From NCBI RefSeq assembly GCF_006345805.1, contig NC_043003.1:48174001-48238000 (forward strand): 64,000 nucleotides of DNA. The letters are read 5' to 3'. The position numbers and the translations under genes are program-made. This document shows, piece by piece, positions 47,791 to 60,545 of this stretch (position 1 is its first letter; every line of letters begins with the position of its first letter). The notes under the pieces are model-generated. The model did no database searches, had not been told where the DNA came from, and saw nothing but the letters and a program-made list of their open reading frames with translations. Source of the DNA: Octopus sinensis. Lineage: Eukaryota.

Positions 47791-48237
47791 GAGATATTCA
47801 TATAAATAGGTCCAGCTTACACAGGGTACAACGGCAGAGAAAATTAAAGGGGTGGAAGAAAGGTGTTATAAGTCCAACAGCTGTTTCTGGGGGCTCACGA
47901 TCCATAACTATGTTGGTTGATTTATGCGACTATATAGATGCAATTAACATTGAATAAGACGAACCTCCACCATCGGGGTAGAAAAAATTGTTATATTTCA
48001 GATTTTAAGGCAGAAAAGTTCAAAGATGGAACTGTGGATTAAAAATAATCCAGTCTGAACATTCCTGCCTATCAAGAATGAAACTATCAGTGACATTGTG
48101 TGAATTGAACTTTCCAATACCCACAATAAATCGCTACTCTACAAATGCATTGAGTTCTGGCATTGGATTCTCTCTCTTAGAGATGGTCATTCTCTAATAC
48201 ACGAGACACACACATACATACGCGCGCGCGCGCACAG

Positions 48238-48400
48238 AGGGACAGGTAAGGCTGTGCGGTAGGATTTTGCTTCCTAACCACATGATTCCACCACACTGTG
48301 GAGCCCTTTGGTAAGTGTGTTCTACTATGGTCCCAGGCCGACCAAAGCCTTCTGAGCGGATTTGGCAGATGAAAACTGAAAAAAGCCCGCCGTATATATA
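48238..48400 (+). mobile_element. SINE family A head
   Basis: GGCTGTGCGGTAGG...CCGACCAAAGCC...GAAAACTGAAAAAAGCCCG. Confidence 0.75.
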
Positions 48401-48424
48401 TAAAGAAGAAGACGGGACTCAAAT

Positions 48425-49265
48425 CCAGTCTGATCTACATGCTGCGAGTCAATGGGCAGACAAAAACAAAATTTGAGTTGATGCATTTTGGAAGACAGTC
48501 TATACTAAGACAGCCATACTCTCTTCCTTCAAGGAAACCGCTCATAGCATCTAATAATATCAGAGACCTGGGTGTAATTGTTGATAACAATCTCAGTTGG
48601 AGTGCCACATCAACAATGAGGTCGATATAGCTCGTAGGATGCGCTCCAGGATCTTAAGAACCTTCCGGTCCAGAGAACAAGGTGTCATCATTCCACTTTT
48701 CTCCTCCTTTGTACGGCAACACCTCGAATACTGCTGCCCCTTGTGGTCTCCCCGTACAAAACAAAACATCTTGAGGATTGAATCACCCCAGAGGGCATTC
48801 ACTAAACGAATTGAACGCATGACTGATCTCGATTACTGGGACCGCCTTTAAAGCCTTGAAACTCTACTCTCTCCAGCGCAGCCGCAAGCGGTACATCATA
48901 CAGCATTACCCAAACGACCTGAACATTAGTTTCAAGGTTCATCCAAGGCTGGGACAACGGGCCATACGTCCACTGTCCAATTTAGGATCGCAACATATAG
49001 GTACACTGCGACATAATTTCTTTTCCTCAACAGGCCCTGCCCTGTTTAACATTGTCCCAAAACTGATCAAAGAGGAAAAGGATCCCATCACCTTTAAACG
49101 TAGTCTGGACAGATTTCTTCAAGGAATACCAGGTAAGCCACCCATATCTGGATACAACTCACTCAACAAGAACTCACTGCTTGAATGACCCATAAGCAAA
49201 ACTTGACTTAAAAAGGATTTAGATAATCCTACCAGGTGGTGCTATTAAGTTAGACATGGCCTGGA
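48425..49265 (+). mobile_element. CR1-clade LINE 3' fragment (RT C-terminus and 3' UTR), frameshifted
   Basis: KFELMHFG...RDLGVIVDNNLSW; FVRQHLEYCCPLWSP; IESPQRAFTKRI...DYWDRL; LKLYSLQRSR. Confidence 0.92.
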
Positions 49266-49316
49266 CCAATCTTTGGTCGAAACATATCTAAGTTTATCTA
49301 AGTTTATATATATATA

Positions 49317-49444
49317 CAGGGTGTCCCAAAAAAATGTATACACATAGTGGTTCGGCAAAAGAGAACGATAGAATAAGTACTAGGCTTACAAAGAATAACA
49401 AATTTACAATTATTTAAGGTGTGTATACATTTTTTTGGGACACC

Positions 49445-49447
<3 letters not shown>
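49317..49447. mobile_element. 131-bp Tc1/mariner-type MITE containing a SINE fragment
   Basis: Perfect 28-bp TIRs CAGGGTGTCCCAAAAAAATGTATACACA; TA flanks. Confidence 0.9.
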
Positions 49448-49478
<31 letters not shown>

Positions 49479-49484
49479 TCGCGT

Positions 49485-49690
49485 GTGTACCGTTGGCGAT
49501 TTTTTTCCCTCCGTCTTCCCTTCTCTGGATCTTTCCTTTTCCTGTGTTTCTGACGAAGAGCTCCGCTCGAAACGTTAAACGCTCCTTCTTCCCTCTCTTC
49601 CTGAGCGTCCAATAATACTATATTTGCTCCACGTCCTCGCGTTGTTGTGTTTTCTCTTTGTGTTTTCATGTTTGGATTAATTATATATAT
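49485..49690 (+). mobile_element. PLE-type terminal repeat
   Basis: Between (TA)n tracts, contains a minimal hammerhead, related to 2420-2525. Confidence 0.7.
49544..49582 (+). ncRNA. Minimal type I hammerhead ribozyme
   Basis: Stem I GTGTTT/AAACGC; CTGACGA; extra A; stem II GAGC-TCC-GCTC; GAAA; palindromic ACGT stem III; GUU triplet (49574-49576). Confidence 0.8.
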
Positions 49691-49691
49691 A

Positions 49692-49739
<48 letters not shown>

Positions 49740-49743
<4 letters not shown>

Positions 49744-49985
49744 TGGTGTTGGACCTATATGTGTGGTGTATGAGTGTGCGCACGTCCCACACCACTTGAG
49801 AAGCGGTGTTGGGATCTTTACATCCACGTAAGCAGCGGTTCGGCGAAATTAACCAATAGAATAAGTATCAGCTTTAAAAAAAAAAAAATAAAGTACTGGG
49901 TTGATTTGTTCATTCTGAAAAAAATTTCAAGTTGGTGCTCCAGTATGACCGTAATCTAATGACTGAGACATGTAAAAGGTAACTG
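49740..49985 (+). mobile_element. SINE family A tail, diverged
   Basis: GCGGTGTTGG...GCGGTTCGGCGAAA...AATAGAATAAGTA...GTGCTCCAGTATGACCG. Confidence 0.7.
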
Positions 49986-50191
49986 GTAAATGATCCATGC
50001 ACGCACACACACACACACACACAAATATGTGTGTTCGTGCATACAGACAGAAGGGATGCTATGCATGGTTGAGCACACTACTATCAACACCAACACCTAC
50101 CACTAACCAGCGCCATCTGTTGCAAAGCCCGCAAGTTACACACATAGATACTGCTACTATCACTACCACCACCACCACCACCACAACCACC

Positions 50192-50223
<32 letters not shown>

Positions 50224-51419
50224 CACCATCCCCACCACCACCACCAAGTTCAGCAACATGAGAACCTTATCTCCATTACCATTTCCTCTTCTGCTCTACA
50301 AACGCAACCTTCTCTTCTATCATAGCACCACCCTTCCCCTAGTACGCTTCCGTCACCACCATCACTACTGGCGCCTTCACCACTTTCCTTCTATTACCAC
50401 CACCACCACCACCGTCACTGTTTCTTATTTGCGGCATCGCCGCCACCTTCTTTCTTTTCTATACGACTATTACCCCTCCCTCCCCCCTTTCAGTTTTCCT
50501 TACTGCATTATCACCTCCGCCACAGCCACTGTACTTGTAAGTATAATGTCATTGCCATGAGAAATGGCAGGCAAAGAGCATGTGTAGCGAACCTGAAATA
50601 TGTTCGTTGCAGTAGTAATTACCAATTAATTAAGAGTAACCAATAAAGCAAAAAAAACAACAAAAAACTACGCACCCTATCCTGCTGACACATTTTTTAC
50701 ACATGCGTATACATAATATAAAACATAAATATTTACTTGATCCTTGACTTCGGTGTGGATAGAAACACAGCAGATCTTGATGTTCACAGAAAAATTATAT
50801 AATTAATTGAGAACATATTCATAGTTGCATATAAAGAAAGAAGTACTCCAATATTTAGAGAAACAGTATATAATTTTACACCTCCGTCTCCGCTTACACA
50901 CACTTGTCGCTGTATATTTGGTTGTTTTTGAGTAGGCGCTTACATTTCACACACACACACACACATACGCACATATGTATATCCGTACTAGTAATTCCTT
51001 TTGTTGTGCTTGAGTGTCCGTAAAACTTAAAACATATACATTTCTATCAAGGAACCGACAAGGAATTGTGGAAGAATGTTTATCTGCGACAAGGATAGTA
51101 CCACGATTTAAACTGCTGGGGATTCTTACTGTGTCCATAATATTTTTTTAGTAAGTTAACTATTCTTTGTCTTTTGCTTACTGTTTACATATTATTACAC
51201 TGTTACCGCGTGTTGATACTTTCTCAGATGTATTATTAATCGAAAGATTATTAATCTGTAGCTGTGTGTGTTAGTGTGTGTGTGTGTGTATAGGCGCTTT
51301 TAGTTGTTACACTGAACATCGTATTATAAGGATTTTGCTTGTTGACACATTCAGCAAAGCTTCGCCAACACAACTTTCTTATTTACCTTAACTTGTAAAT
51401 CTGAGGTCCTTTGCTATGT

Positions 51420-52470
51420 CAAAAGCTGATGGTGATGTTTAGCCCCAGGTTAACCCAGATCGAGCTGATTTATGATCAGAGGTATTCCAGCTGTGATCAC
51501 CCGTCATTTTAAGGGTATTTAGACCTACAATTTATTAACTCTTTCTTCCTAATTTAAGACTAGAGGGTGTAATACGAGACTGATTTCGTTTGATATTTCA
51601 AGCAGGTCGAGCGACCACGTTTAATTGTGGTTCCCTCTCTAGGTGAAAACGTCGTAGACCCAAGGTAAATATATGGTGAACCAATTCTGCAGTCCAGTTT
51701 CGATTCCTGTTTGTAGAACAATTTTCATATCATCACTGATACTTAGTTGAAAAGTGTGGAATTCACGCATTCTCGTGTTTATAAATGAGGTCGTGTGAAT
51801 ATGTAAGAATTTGTTGTTATTGATGAAATAGCAATAGTAGAAGTAATATTAGAAATCGCCAACATTGTTATTACTACTATTGCTATTAGACGTCTGTACC
51901 GAAAGTAGTGAGTTCGTGTCTGAGAAAAGATGTTTAATGTCCTTCGCTGCACATGTAATTAATTCTTGGTTGTCTAAGAACCCGTCTTTTTTTTTTCTTT
52001 TTCAAAATACACATTCACAAAAGAAAAAAGATAACTACCATTGTTATTTTTTGTTAATTCTCCGAGGCCATACTAAGCCAAGATGTTGACTCGGTTTCAT
52101 TTCCTAGTTGTTTAATTGTAGACCAGCCCTGGTTTAGCAGATATACAATTAAAACGTTCCAGCCGTGGCTATCCCAGTTTTTTTTTCAGGCAGTGTGTAC
52201 TAAATATTATATTATTTAATGAGTCCTTTGAAGAGGGCAGTATATGATCTGAAAGAGATTTGGCTGGTTGTTTATTGTTTAACCGGCGGTAAACTTTGAT
52301 CGAGCAAACCTATGATCAAAGACGTTCCTATCATGACCATGCCGTCTTTTTTTATATTAAGGACTACGGAAGGACTACATTGTCCAGTGTATCATTCATT
52401 TAAGACGACATGATGGAATTAGAGGAAGACTTAGCTGGTGTTTTTAGCAGGTCGAGCAATCACGTAGAGC
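51420..52470 (+). repeat. Two to three diverged copies of an unclassified interspersed repeat
   Basis: GATCGAGC...TATGATCA(G/A)AG...TTCC(A/T) and AGCAGGTCGAGC(G/A)A recur at about 51455-51620 and 52290-52465, with a partial copy at about 52110-52270. Confidence 0.5.
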
Positions 52471-52879
52471 ATAAGTGGGGGGAAAAACCTTATCCCGCCG
52501 TAAAATGTAGTCCATACTGAAATTTGAACCGGTCCACTAACAAAGTCTTTCGAAACACTTATGGAAAATACTCACAAAAACTAAAAAACAAAAAACAACA
52601 AACGGTTTAAACACTAAAAACCAAAACTATAAATTGAATGAGTTGCATAGTTATAAATTTGAAGATTACAGATTCCTTAGTTCCTCTCTAGAAATGTACT
52701 CCCAACAGGTTCTTGTTATTCACTTGGAATTTAACAACCGAGCTTATTTTGTAGTTGTGTGTGTTGGTAGTAGTGGTGGGGATAAATGTCTACCTTCCAT
52801 CCTACAAAAGATATGAATAATGTTATAAGCAGCGGTTTTTATATTTTGCTTGTTTCTGTCATAAGATTCCGGTTATGCT

Positions 52880-53232
52880 AAAGCACTGCCTTGAAGGGGT
52901 TTTTTTGTCGAACAGCCCGACCCCAGGACGTTTTTTTAAAGCCCAGTATTTACTCTATCGGTCAATTTTGCCGAACCGTTAAATTAGGGGGACGCAAACA
53001 CAGCAACACCGATTAAACGCGGACGGGGGACATTCAGAAAGACAAACGCACGTAGATATAAACAAATATATACGACAGGCTCCTTTCAGTTTTCTTCTAC
53101 CAAATACACTCTCAAGGCTTTGGTCGGCCCGAGGCTAGGGTAGAAGACACCTGCCCAAAGGGCCACGCAATGGAACTGAACACGGAACCACATAATTCGG
53201 AAGCAAACTTCTTATCACACAGCCACGCCTTT
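52880..53232 (-). mobile_element. SINE family A
   Basis: TTTGCCGAACCG...CTTTCAGTTTTCTTCTACCAAA...GCTTTGGTCGGCCCGAGGC...CACACAGCCACGCCT. Confidence 0.8.
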
Positions 53233-53894
53233 ATATGTACTTTTTGTACACTGATTTTTGGGTGCTGTTTTAGTCTGAATTGTATTTTTATAATTTCTTT
53301 GAAAATTTAAAATATATATTACAATTATTAAACTATTGGTTACCAAGGATTTAATAGATAAATCATTGGTTTACTGCATTTCTAATGTGATAAGGGAGTG
53401 CCTGTAACTTAGTGCAGAACAAGTATGGCAAAGGACTTCGTTCGAAAGCAGCCCTCCCCCCAACATTTTTCTCGCTTTTGTTTACATCTTTGATTAATGT
53501 ACGCGCGCACACACAACAAGCTTCAAACACCATTCAACTAGTAATTGGTCACGCTTAAGCAATCGTAGTTGACAGATTTTAAGCATTGCTGTTATGAAAC
53601 AAACTTTATAACCACATAATTGGTGTCAACATTTTCTTTTCCTTTCTTCCTTGAGAAACAAACATCACCCCAGGGGGAAAGAAAAGGTACCGAAATTGGG
53701 GGGTAAATATATAAAACATTTAAATGTTTAGAAGAAAAACAACAACAAAAACAATTCTTTCAGAATCCTAACTCTGTATGAAAAAAAGGAATACTAAAAA
53801 AAAAATGTTACAAATACCACCTAGTTCCTTGCCTTGTGATAGCTTTATTTTCAGAGATTTAATGTTTTATAGATTCAAAATTTGCAAGTTATGC

Positions 53895-53995
53895 GTGACA
53901 CATTGGGCAAGTGTCTTCTACTAAAGCCACAAGCTGACCAAAGCTTTGTGAGTGGATTTGGTAGATGGAAACTGAAAGAAGCCCGGGTTATATAT
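53895..53995 (+). mobile_element. SINE family A partial head
   Basis: TTGGGCAAGTGTCTTCTAC...GTGAGTGGATTTGGTAGATGGAAACTGAAAGAAGCCCG. Confidence 0.8.
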
Positions 53996-54119
53996 ATATA
54001 TAAATTTGATTAGAGGATATGCTAACCTCATAAAGGTATGGTTGCATCCAAGGAAATACTGGTTCAATACCTAATATTTTGGGGGAATGAAATTCCCTTC
54101 AAACAATAGGTATATATGT

Positions 54120-54415
54120 GGAGGCACATGGCCTAGTGGTTAGAGCAGCGGACTTGCGGTCGAGGGATCGCGGGTTCGAATCGCAGACCGGGTGATGTGT
54201 GTGTTTATGAGCGAAAACACCTAAGCTCCACGCAGCTCCGGCAGAAGGTAATGGCGAACTTCTGCTGACTCTTTCGCCACAAGTTTCTCTCACTCTTTCC
54301 TCCTGCATCTTGCAGCTCACCTGCGACGGACCAGCATCCCGTCCAGGTGGGGAACCTATACGCCAAGAAACCGGCCCTTATGAGCCAGGCATGGCTTGAG
54401 AAGGAACAAACAACA
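54120..54415 (+). mobile_element. tRNA-derived SINE with a conserved Meta/V-like central domain
   Basis: A box TGGCCTAGTGG, B box GGTTCGAATC. CTGCGACGGACCAGCATCCCGTCCAGG...AAACCGG resembles the conserved central domain of metazoan SINE superfamilies (from recall). Confidence 0.7.
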
Positions 54416-54817
54416 ATAGGTATATATAAAGCGTATAGCTTATATCCATTCAAAAGAAAAATTAAAGATCAGAAATTGGAGATAAAGAAGTTAATAATTG
54501 TTTATCAAAAAAATCGGTCATCTTCGCTTCTTACAGCCGTTTCAATTAATACTCAATAATCTAATAACAGATTTGTACATTAAATTTACATCTATGTGAC
54601 ATGAGTATAATTTGGATGTTATATGAGGGCTTATCAATTCATTTCAGCAGATGAAATGTTACGATTTATGATTTGTAATATTATATGCTCGGGTGAGGGT
54701 TCTACAGGTGGAGTGCGTAGGCATATATGTGTGTGTATGTGTATCTATGTATATGTTTTTATATGTATATAATATATATATATAAATGTATATATGTATA
54801 TGTGCATATATATATAT

Positions 54818-55225
54818 AGGCGCAGGAGTGGCTGTGTGGTAAGTAGCTTGCTAACCAACCACATGTTTCCGGGTTCAGTCCCACTGTGCGGCATCTTGGG
54901 CAAGTGTCTTCTGCTATAGCCCCGGGCCGACCAATGCCTTGTGAGTGGATTTGGTAGACGGAAACTGAAAGAAGCCCGTTGTATATATGTATATATATAT
55001 ATATATGTGTGTATGTTTGTGTGTCTGTGTTTGTCCCCCTAGCATTGCTTGACAACCAATGCTGGTGTGTTTACGTCCCCGTCACTTAGCGGTTCGGCAA
55101 AAGAGACCGATAGAATAAGTACTGGGCTTACAAAGAATAAGTCCCGGGGTCGATTTGCTCGACTAAAGGCGGTGCTCCAGCATGGCCACAGTCAAATGAC
55201 TGAAACAAGGAAAAGAGTAAAGAGA
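54818..55225 (+). mobile_element. Full-length SINE family A
   Basis: Canonical head, centre and tail. Confidence 0.92.
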
Positions 55226-55257
55226 ATATGTATATATGTATGTGTGCATATATATAT

Positions 55258-55460
55258 ATCATCATCGTTTAATGTCCACTTTCCATGCTAGCATGGGTTG
55301 GTTGATTTGACTGAGGACTGGCAAACCAGATGGCTGCACCAGGCTCCAATCTTGATCTGGCAGAGTTTCTACAGCTGGATGCCCTTCCTAATGCCAACCA
55401 CTCTGAGAGTGTAGTGGGTGCATTTACATGCCAACGGCACGAGGGCCATTCAGGCGGTAC
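55258..55460 (-). mobile_element. RTE-type LINE 3' end
   Basis: (CAT)n tail; GGATGCCCTTCCTAATGCCAACC shared with 57920-58478 and 59468-60115. Confidence 0.8.
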
Positions 55461-56682
55461 TGATATATATATATAGCAATAATAAATCTCTGAACAAGAT
55501 GTAAACAGCAGCAGCATGACATCTAAATGTGGCTGTCCCATATGGGACGATGCTATTGTAGTTTATAGTGCCAGGAAGACATCTCCTCCAGCTGGCTAGC
55601 GACACACTGTCTGTGCCCGATCAGTATTTTGCAAACGGAAATCATTGTTCCCATCTCTAGCCTTCTGGAAAAAGCATTTAGTATTTATGTAGGCGCATAT
55701 GTAAATATATGAGCAGATGCACATAGATATGAATACGCAGGAGTGTATGTATGCACATCTATGTGTATATATATGTGTATGCATGCATGTACCTGTGCGT
55801 ATGTATGAACATCTGCTGATATATATGTATATGTATGTATATGTAGACACATGCATATATTTTTTTATATACGTGTGCATGTCTATATGCATATATATGT
55901 GTATGCTTGTACTTGTGTATGTGTGGGTGAGTATGCATATATAGGTGTACGTGTGTGTGTGTATGTATATGTATGATTAACTATACGTACATATACAGGC
56001 ATCTTTATCTGTGTCTGAAGTTATATTCTTTTGTACAATTAGACATCAATAGTTTACAAAACCTTTAATAATAAATGTACTTTCTTTTGAATTAGTATAC
56101 ACACAAATTCAAAATTTCAATAATAGATGGGCATTGATTGACTGATATGGATCTGTATTACTTTCCTTTTAGGGATGATAGGTAGGAAAAGTGCATATGT
56201 GTGTGTGTGAGTGCATACATATTTATGCATGTACGTGTATATGCGTGTATACATATGTGTATACATGTGGGTGCATGTAGATATACAGGTACATGTGCTT
56301 ATCTCTGTCTGTATATATGAATGTATGTACATATATTTATATGTGTACATACAAATATATAAATTTTTATAGTCCTATTCATACCTTATAATTGAATATT
56401 TTATTCTTTTATTAATGATAAATTTTTCTTATTTATATTTAACTTTCCTCAATCATGCCTACCTACTTTGCTTAGTGATCTAATTTTATTTATTTACTCT
56501 ATTTTATCTCTAATCCCTCACCCAAGCATATAATATTACAAATGATAAACCATAACATTTCGTCTGCTGAAATGAATTGATAAGCCCACATATAACATCC
56601 AAAAGTACACCTTTTTCCCTCTGATGAATTTATACTCATGTCACGTAAATGTAAATTTAATGTACATATAATATAAATTATA

Positions 56683-56716
<34 letters not shown>

Positions 56717-56718
<2 letters not shown>

Positions 56719-57853
56719 TCTCTATATATAAAAGGCACTTTGTCTGTCTGTGTGTCTGTCAGGTTGTACCCTCACCCTGATCATGGCTTTCAACCGATTC
56801 TGATGAAACTTGACACACACATAGCCCAATGTCATAATTCAAAACTAACACCGCGAAAATTTTGAAAAGTTCCCCCAGTTCTGAAAAAAATCAATAAATT
56901 CGACATGGGGTTGAGAATCTAAGCTCATCATATGCAACACATTTTCCGTTGTAGTTTTAGAAACTTGCAATCGATATTCACCAAACTCGTGGTGAAGCTT
57001 AATGTATATGTATGTATATGTAGACACATGCATATATTTTTTATATACGTGTGCATGTCTATATGCATATTATGTGTATGCTTGTACTTGTGTATGTGGG
57101 GTGAGTATGCATATATAGGTGTATATATGCATACTCACCCACACATACACAAGTACAAGCATACACATATATATGCATATAGACATGCACACGTATATAA
57201 AAAAATATATGCATGTGTCTCATATACATACATATACATATATATCAGCAGATGTTCATACATACGCACAGGTACATGCATGCATACACATATTATACAC
57301 ATAGATGTGATACATACCCTAAGAAACTTAATTCTGACGTTAGTTTTCCATGCAATACCTTACCATCAGAAAAAATCGATAAAATCATGCCATTTTGGGA
57401 AATCGGGTTCAAATTCAAGATGATATATTTTCGACAATATCTTTAACATATTGGCAGGAATTTTTTTTGAAATTCACAGTGAGCATCATGTCTGCTCCAA
57501 GGAGCTATATGGCCCTTTTGATTCCAATAGGATACGTTATTACTGGAAAAAATCGGTTAATTACATCATATGTGGCACACATAGCAAACCGATTTTTCTG
57601 CGATATTTTTTGAAAGTTCACATAGATTTTCCCTACACCGATGTTAAGTTTGCATTAAATGTCAAACTAACGACCTTTTGTCAATGCAGTTAACAAGTAT
57701 TGGGAGAAATCGACAAAACCATATCACTTTGAGACCGACCATGATTTTACAAAATAACAGTTCAATGAGTACAAAAAAGGGTAAAAAGGTAAAGGGCATT
57801 GCTTATTGACAAAGTTTCTTAAATACCCGGACAACGCCGGGCTATGCTGCTAG
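56717..57853 (+). mobile_element. Non-autonomous Helitron interrupted by a templated insertion
   Basis: A|TC 5' end, CCCGG-ACAACG-CCGGG subterminal hairpin, CTAG|T 3' end. Confidence 0.8.
57001..57312. repeat. Direct plus inverted (fold-back) copy of 55748-55949
   Basis: 57002-57122 copies 55825-55949; 57121-57312 is the reverse complement of about 55748-55943; turn at TATA-GGTG-TATA. Confidence 0.85.
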
Positions 57854-57874
57854 TACATATATATATAATATAAA

Positions 57875-57918
<44 letters not shown>

Positions 57919-57919
57919 T

Positions 57920-58478
57920 CATCATCATTGTTTAACGGCCGCTTTCTATGCTAGCATGGGTTGGACGATTTGACTGAGGGCTGGCGAACCAGAAAGGCTG
58001 CACCAGGCTCCAATCTGATGTGGGAGAGTTTCTACAGCTGTATGCCTTTCCTAACACCAACCACTCCAAGAGCGTAGTGGGTGCTTTTACGTGCAACCTG
58101 CACAGGAGCCAGTCCAGCAGCACTGGCATTGACCTCACTTGAATGTTTTTTCACGTGCCACTGGCACAAGTGCCAGTAGGGTGATGCTAGTAACGATCAT
58201 GCTCGAATGGTGCTTTTTATGTGCCACCAGCACAGAAGCCAGTCAGCTGCTCTGGCAACGATCAGGCTCAGATGGTGCTCTTAGCGCTCCACTAGCATGG
58301 ATGCCAGTCATTGAATTTGATTTCGGTTCTGATTTCACTTGTCTTAACAGGTCTTCGCAAGCAGAGATTAGTGTCCAATGAAGGAAAGGTATGCATAAGT
58401 GGGCTGGTTACACCCCTGGCATAGGCCATGAGGTTTTGGTCTCACTTGGCTTGCCAGTTCTTCTCAAGTACAACATAT
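57920..58478 (-). mobile_element. RTE-type LINE 3' fragment with tandem 3' UTR repeats
   Basis: Colinear with 59468-60115; (CAT)n tail. Confidence 0.8.
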
Positions 58479-58479
58479 G

Positions 58480-58578
58480 TCCAAAGGTACATATAATATA
58501 AATAGTATAAATATAGATATAATATAAATAATATATATATATATATATATATATAGGTAGATAGATAGATATAATATA

Positions 58579-58623
<45 letters not shown>

Positions 58624-58780
58624 TAGATATAATATAAATAATATAGATATAGTATAAATTATATACATATATATAATATAATTATATATAATATAAATAA
58701 TATATATATAATATAGATAAAATATATATATATAATATAGATAAAATATATATAATATGAATAATATATAATATATATAT

Positions 58781-58825
<45 letters not shown>

Positions 58826-59024
58826 CATAATATATATATATAGATAATATATAATATAGATAATATATATATATATATATAATATAAATAATATATATAT
58901 ATATGTAATATAAATGATATATATATATATATATAAATGATATATATATAATATAAATAATATATATATATATAATTTATATTATATATATATTATTTAT
59001 ATTATATTATATATATATATCATT

Positions 59025-59070
<46 letters not shown>

Positions 59071-59130
59071 TATATATATATATATATTATATATATATGA
59101 TATAGATATTATCTGTATATATAATATAAA
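58480..59130. repeat. Large degenerate (TA)n/(ATA)n low-complexity block
   Basis: Direct reading. Confidence 0.95.
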
Positions 59131-59467
59131 TAATATATTCTGTTGTATCTGGGGAGAGTCATTTTCTTTTTGTGCATATATATATATAATATAAATTATA
59201 GAAGTTATGAGAGGTAATGGTGTCAATAAGACCCAAAGGTGTCAGGTAATGCTGAGTAAGTGCTATGGACAGACCATAATTAAGCTCCAGGTTCAGTGAT
59301 TATGCGAATAAGGAATCCAACATTGGTCATATATCAGCATATGTATATATAAAAAGTTTTTTTTCAGAATGAGATAAAAACCAAAGCTGTGAAGTTTTTA
59401 GAACATTTGTAAATAGAAAACAAAATAAATTATATATATATGATATAAATATATATATAATATAGAT

Positions 59468-60115
59468 ATCATCATCATCATTGTTTAATGTCCGCTTTCC
59501 ACGCTGGCATGGGTTGGATGGTTTGACTGAGGACTGGCAAGCTAGATGGCTGCACCATGCTCCAATCTGATCAGGCAGAGTTTCTACAGCTTGATGCCCT
59601 TCCTAACACCAACCACTCCGAGAGTGTAATGGGTGCTTTTACATGCCACTGGTACAAGGGCCAGTCAGGCAGTACTGGCGACAGTCACGCTCAAATGGTG
59701 TTTTTATGTGCCACCTACACCGATGCCAGCCCAGTGGCACTGGCAACGACCTCGCTTGGATGTTGTTTTTCATGTGCTACTGCACAAGTGCCAGTAAGGC
59801 AATGCTGGTAATAATCATGCTCGAATGGTGCTTTTTATGTACCTCTGGCATAGGAGCCAGTCAGCAGACCTAGCAACAATCATGTTCGGATGGTGCTTTT
59901 AACGTTCCACTGGCATGGGTGCCAGTCGGGTGGTGCTGTCATTGACCACATCAGCAAATTTGATTTTCATTGTGATTTCACTTGTCTCAACAGGTCTTCG
60001 CAAGCAACACATAAGTAGGCTGGTTACACTGCTGGCATAGACCACAGGTTATGGTCTCACTTGGCTTGCCGAGTCTTCTCAAGCACAGCATATTTCCAAA
60101 GGTCTCAGTCACTAG
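59468..60115 (-). mobile_element. RTE-type LINE 3' fragment (end of ORF plus 3' UTR)
   Basis: Minus strand begins GGT CTC ACC GAG GTA ATG ACT AGT GAC TGA GAC CTT TGG (GLTEVMTSD*DLWKYAV), like the DRxxWR end of RTE ORFs, followed by tandem UTR units and a (GAT)n tail. Confidence 0.75.
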
Positions 60116-60135
60116 TCATTACCTCGGTGAGACCA

Positions 60136-60251
<116 letters not shown>

Positions 60252-60409
60252 CAGCATAAATATGTATATATAATATAAATAATATATATATAATATAATA
60301 TATATATATAATATAAATTATATATATATATAAATAATATATATATGCATACATACATACACCCACACAAACACACATGCATACTCACATATATATACAC
60401 ATGCATATA

Positions 60410-60545
60410 TGGGTACAGGATGTCACCAACAGTAAACAACATGAAATACAAAATCAAATGAGTTCAATATGCAAACAATGAGGGAAACAAATGGAAAACA
60501 GGACAAGTAACAGAAAGAACGACCCTTCATCAGTTGTCGGCTATC
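60410..60545 (-). mobile_element. PLE-type terminal fragment related to 7640-7830
   Basis: GACAA-CTGATGA-AGGG...TTGTC on the minus strand, next to (TA)n. Confidence 0.5.

Noticed and set aside
54120-54195. Functional tRNA gene
   Set aside because: A and B boxes are present but there is no acceptor stem or terminator, and the sequence runs into a SINE body.
56795-56815. CTGATGAAAC as a hammerhead
   Set aside because: Part of the GATT(T/C)TGATGAAACTTG motif of the Helitron family (also at about 37945); no stems.
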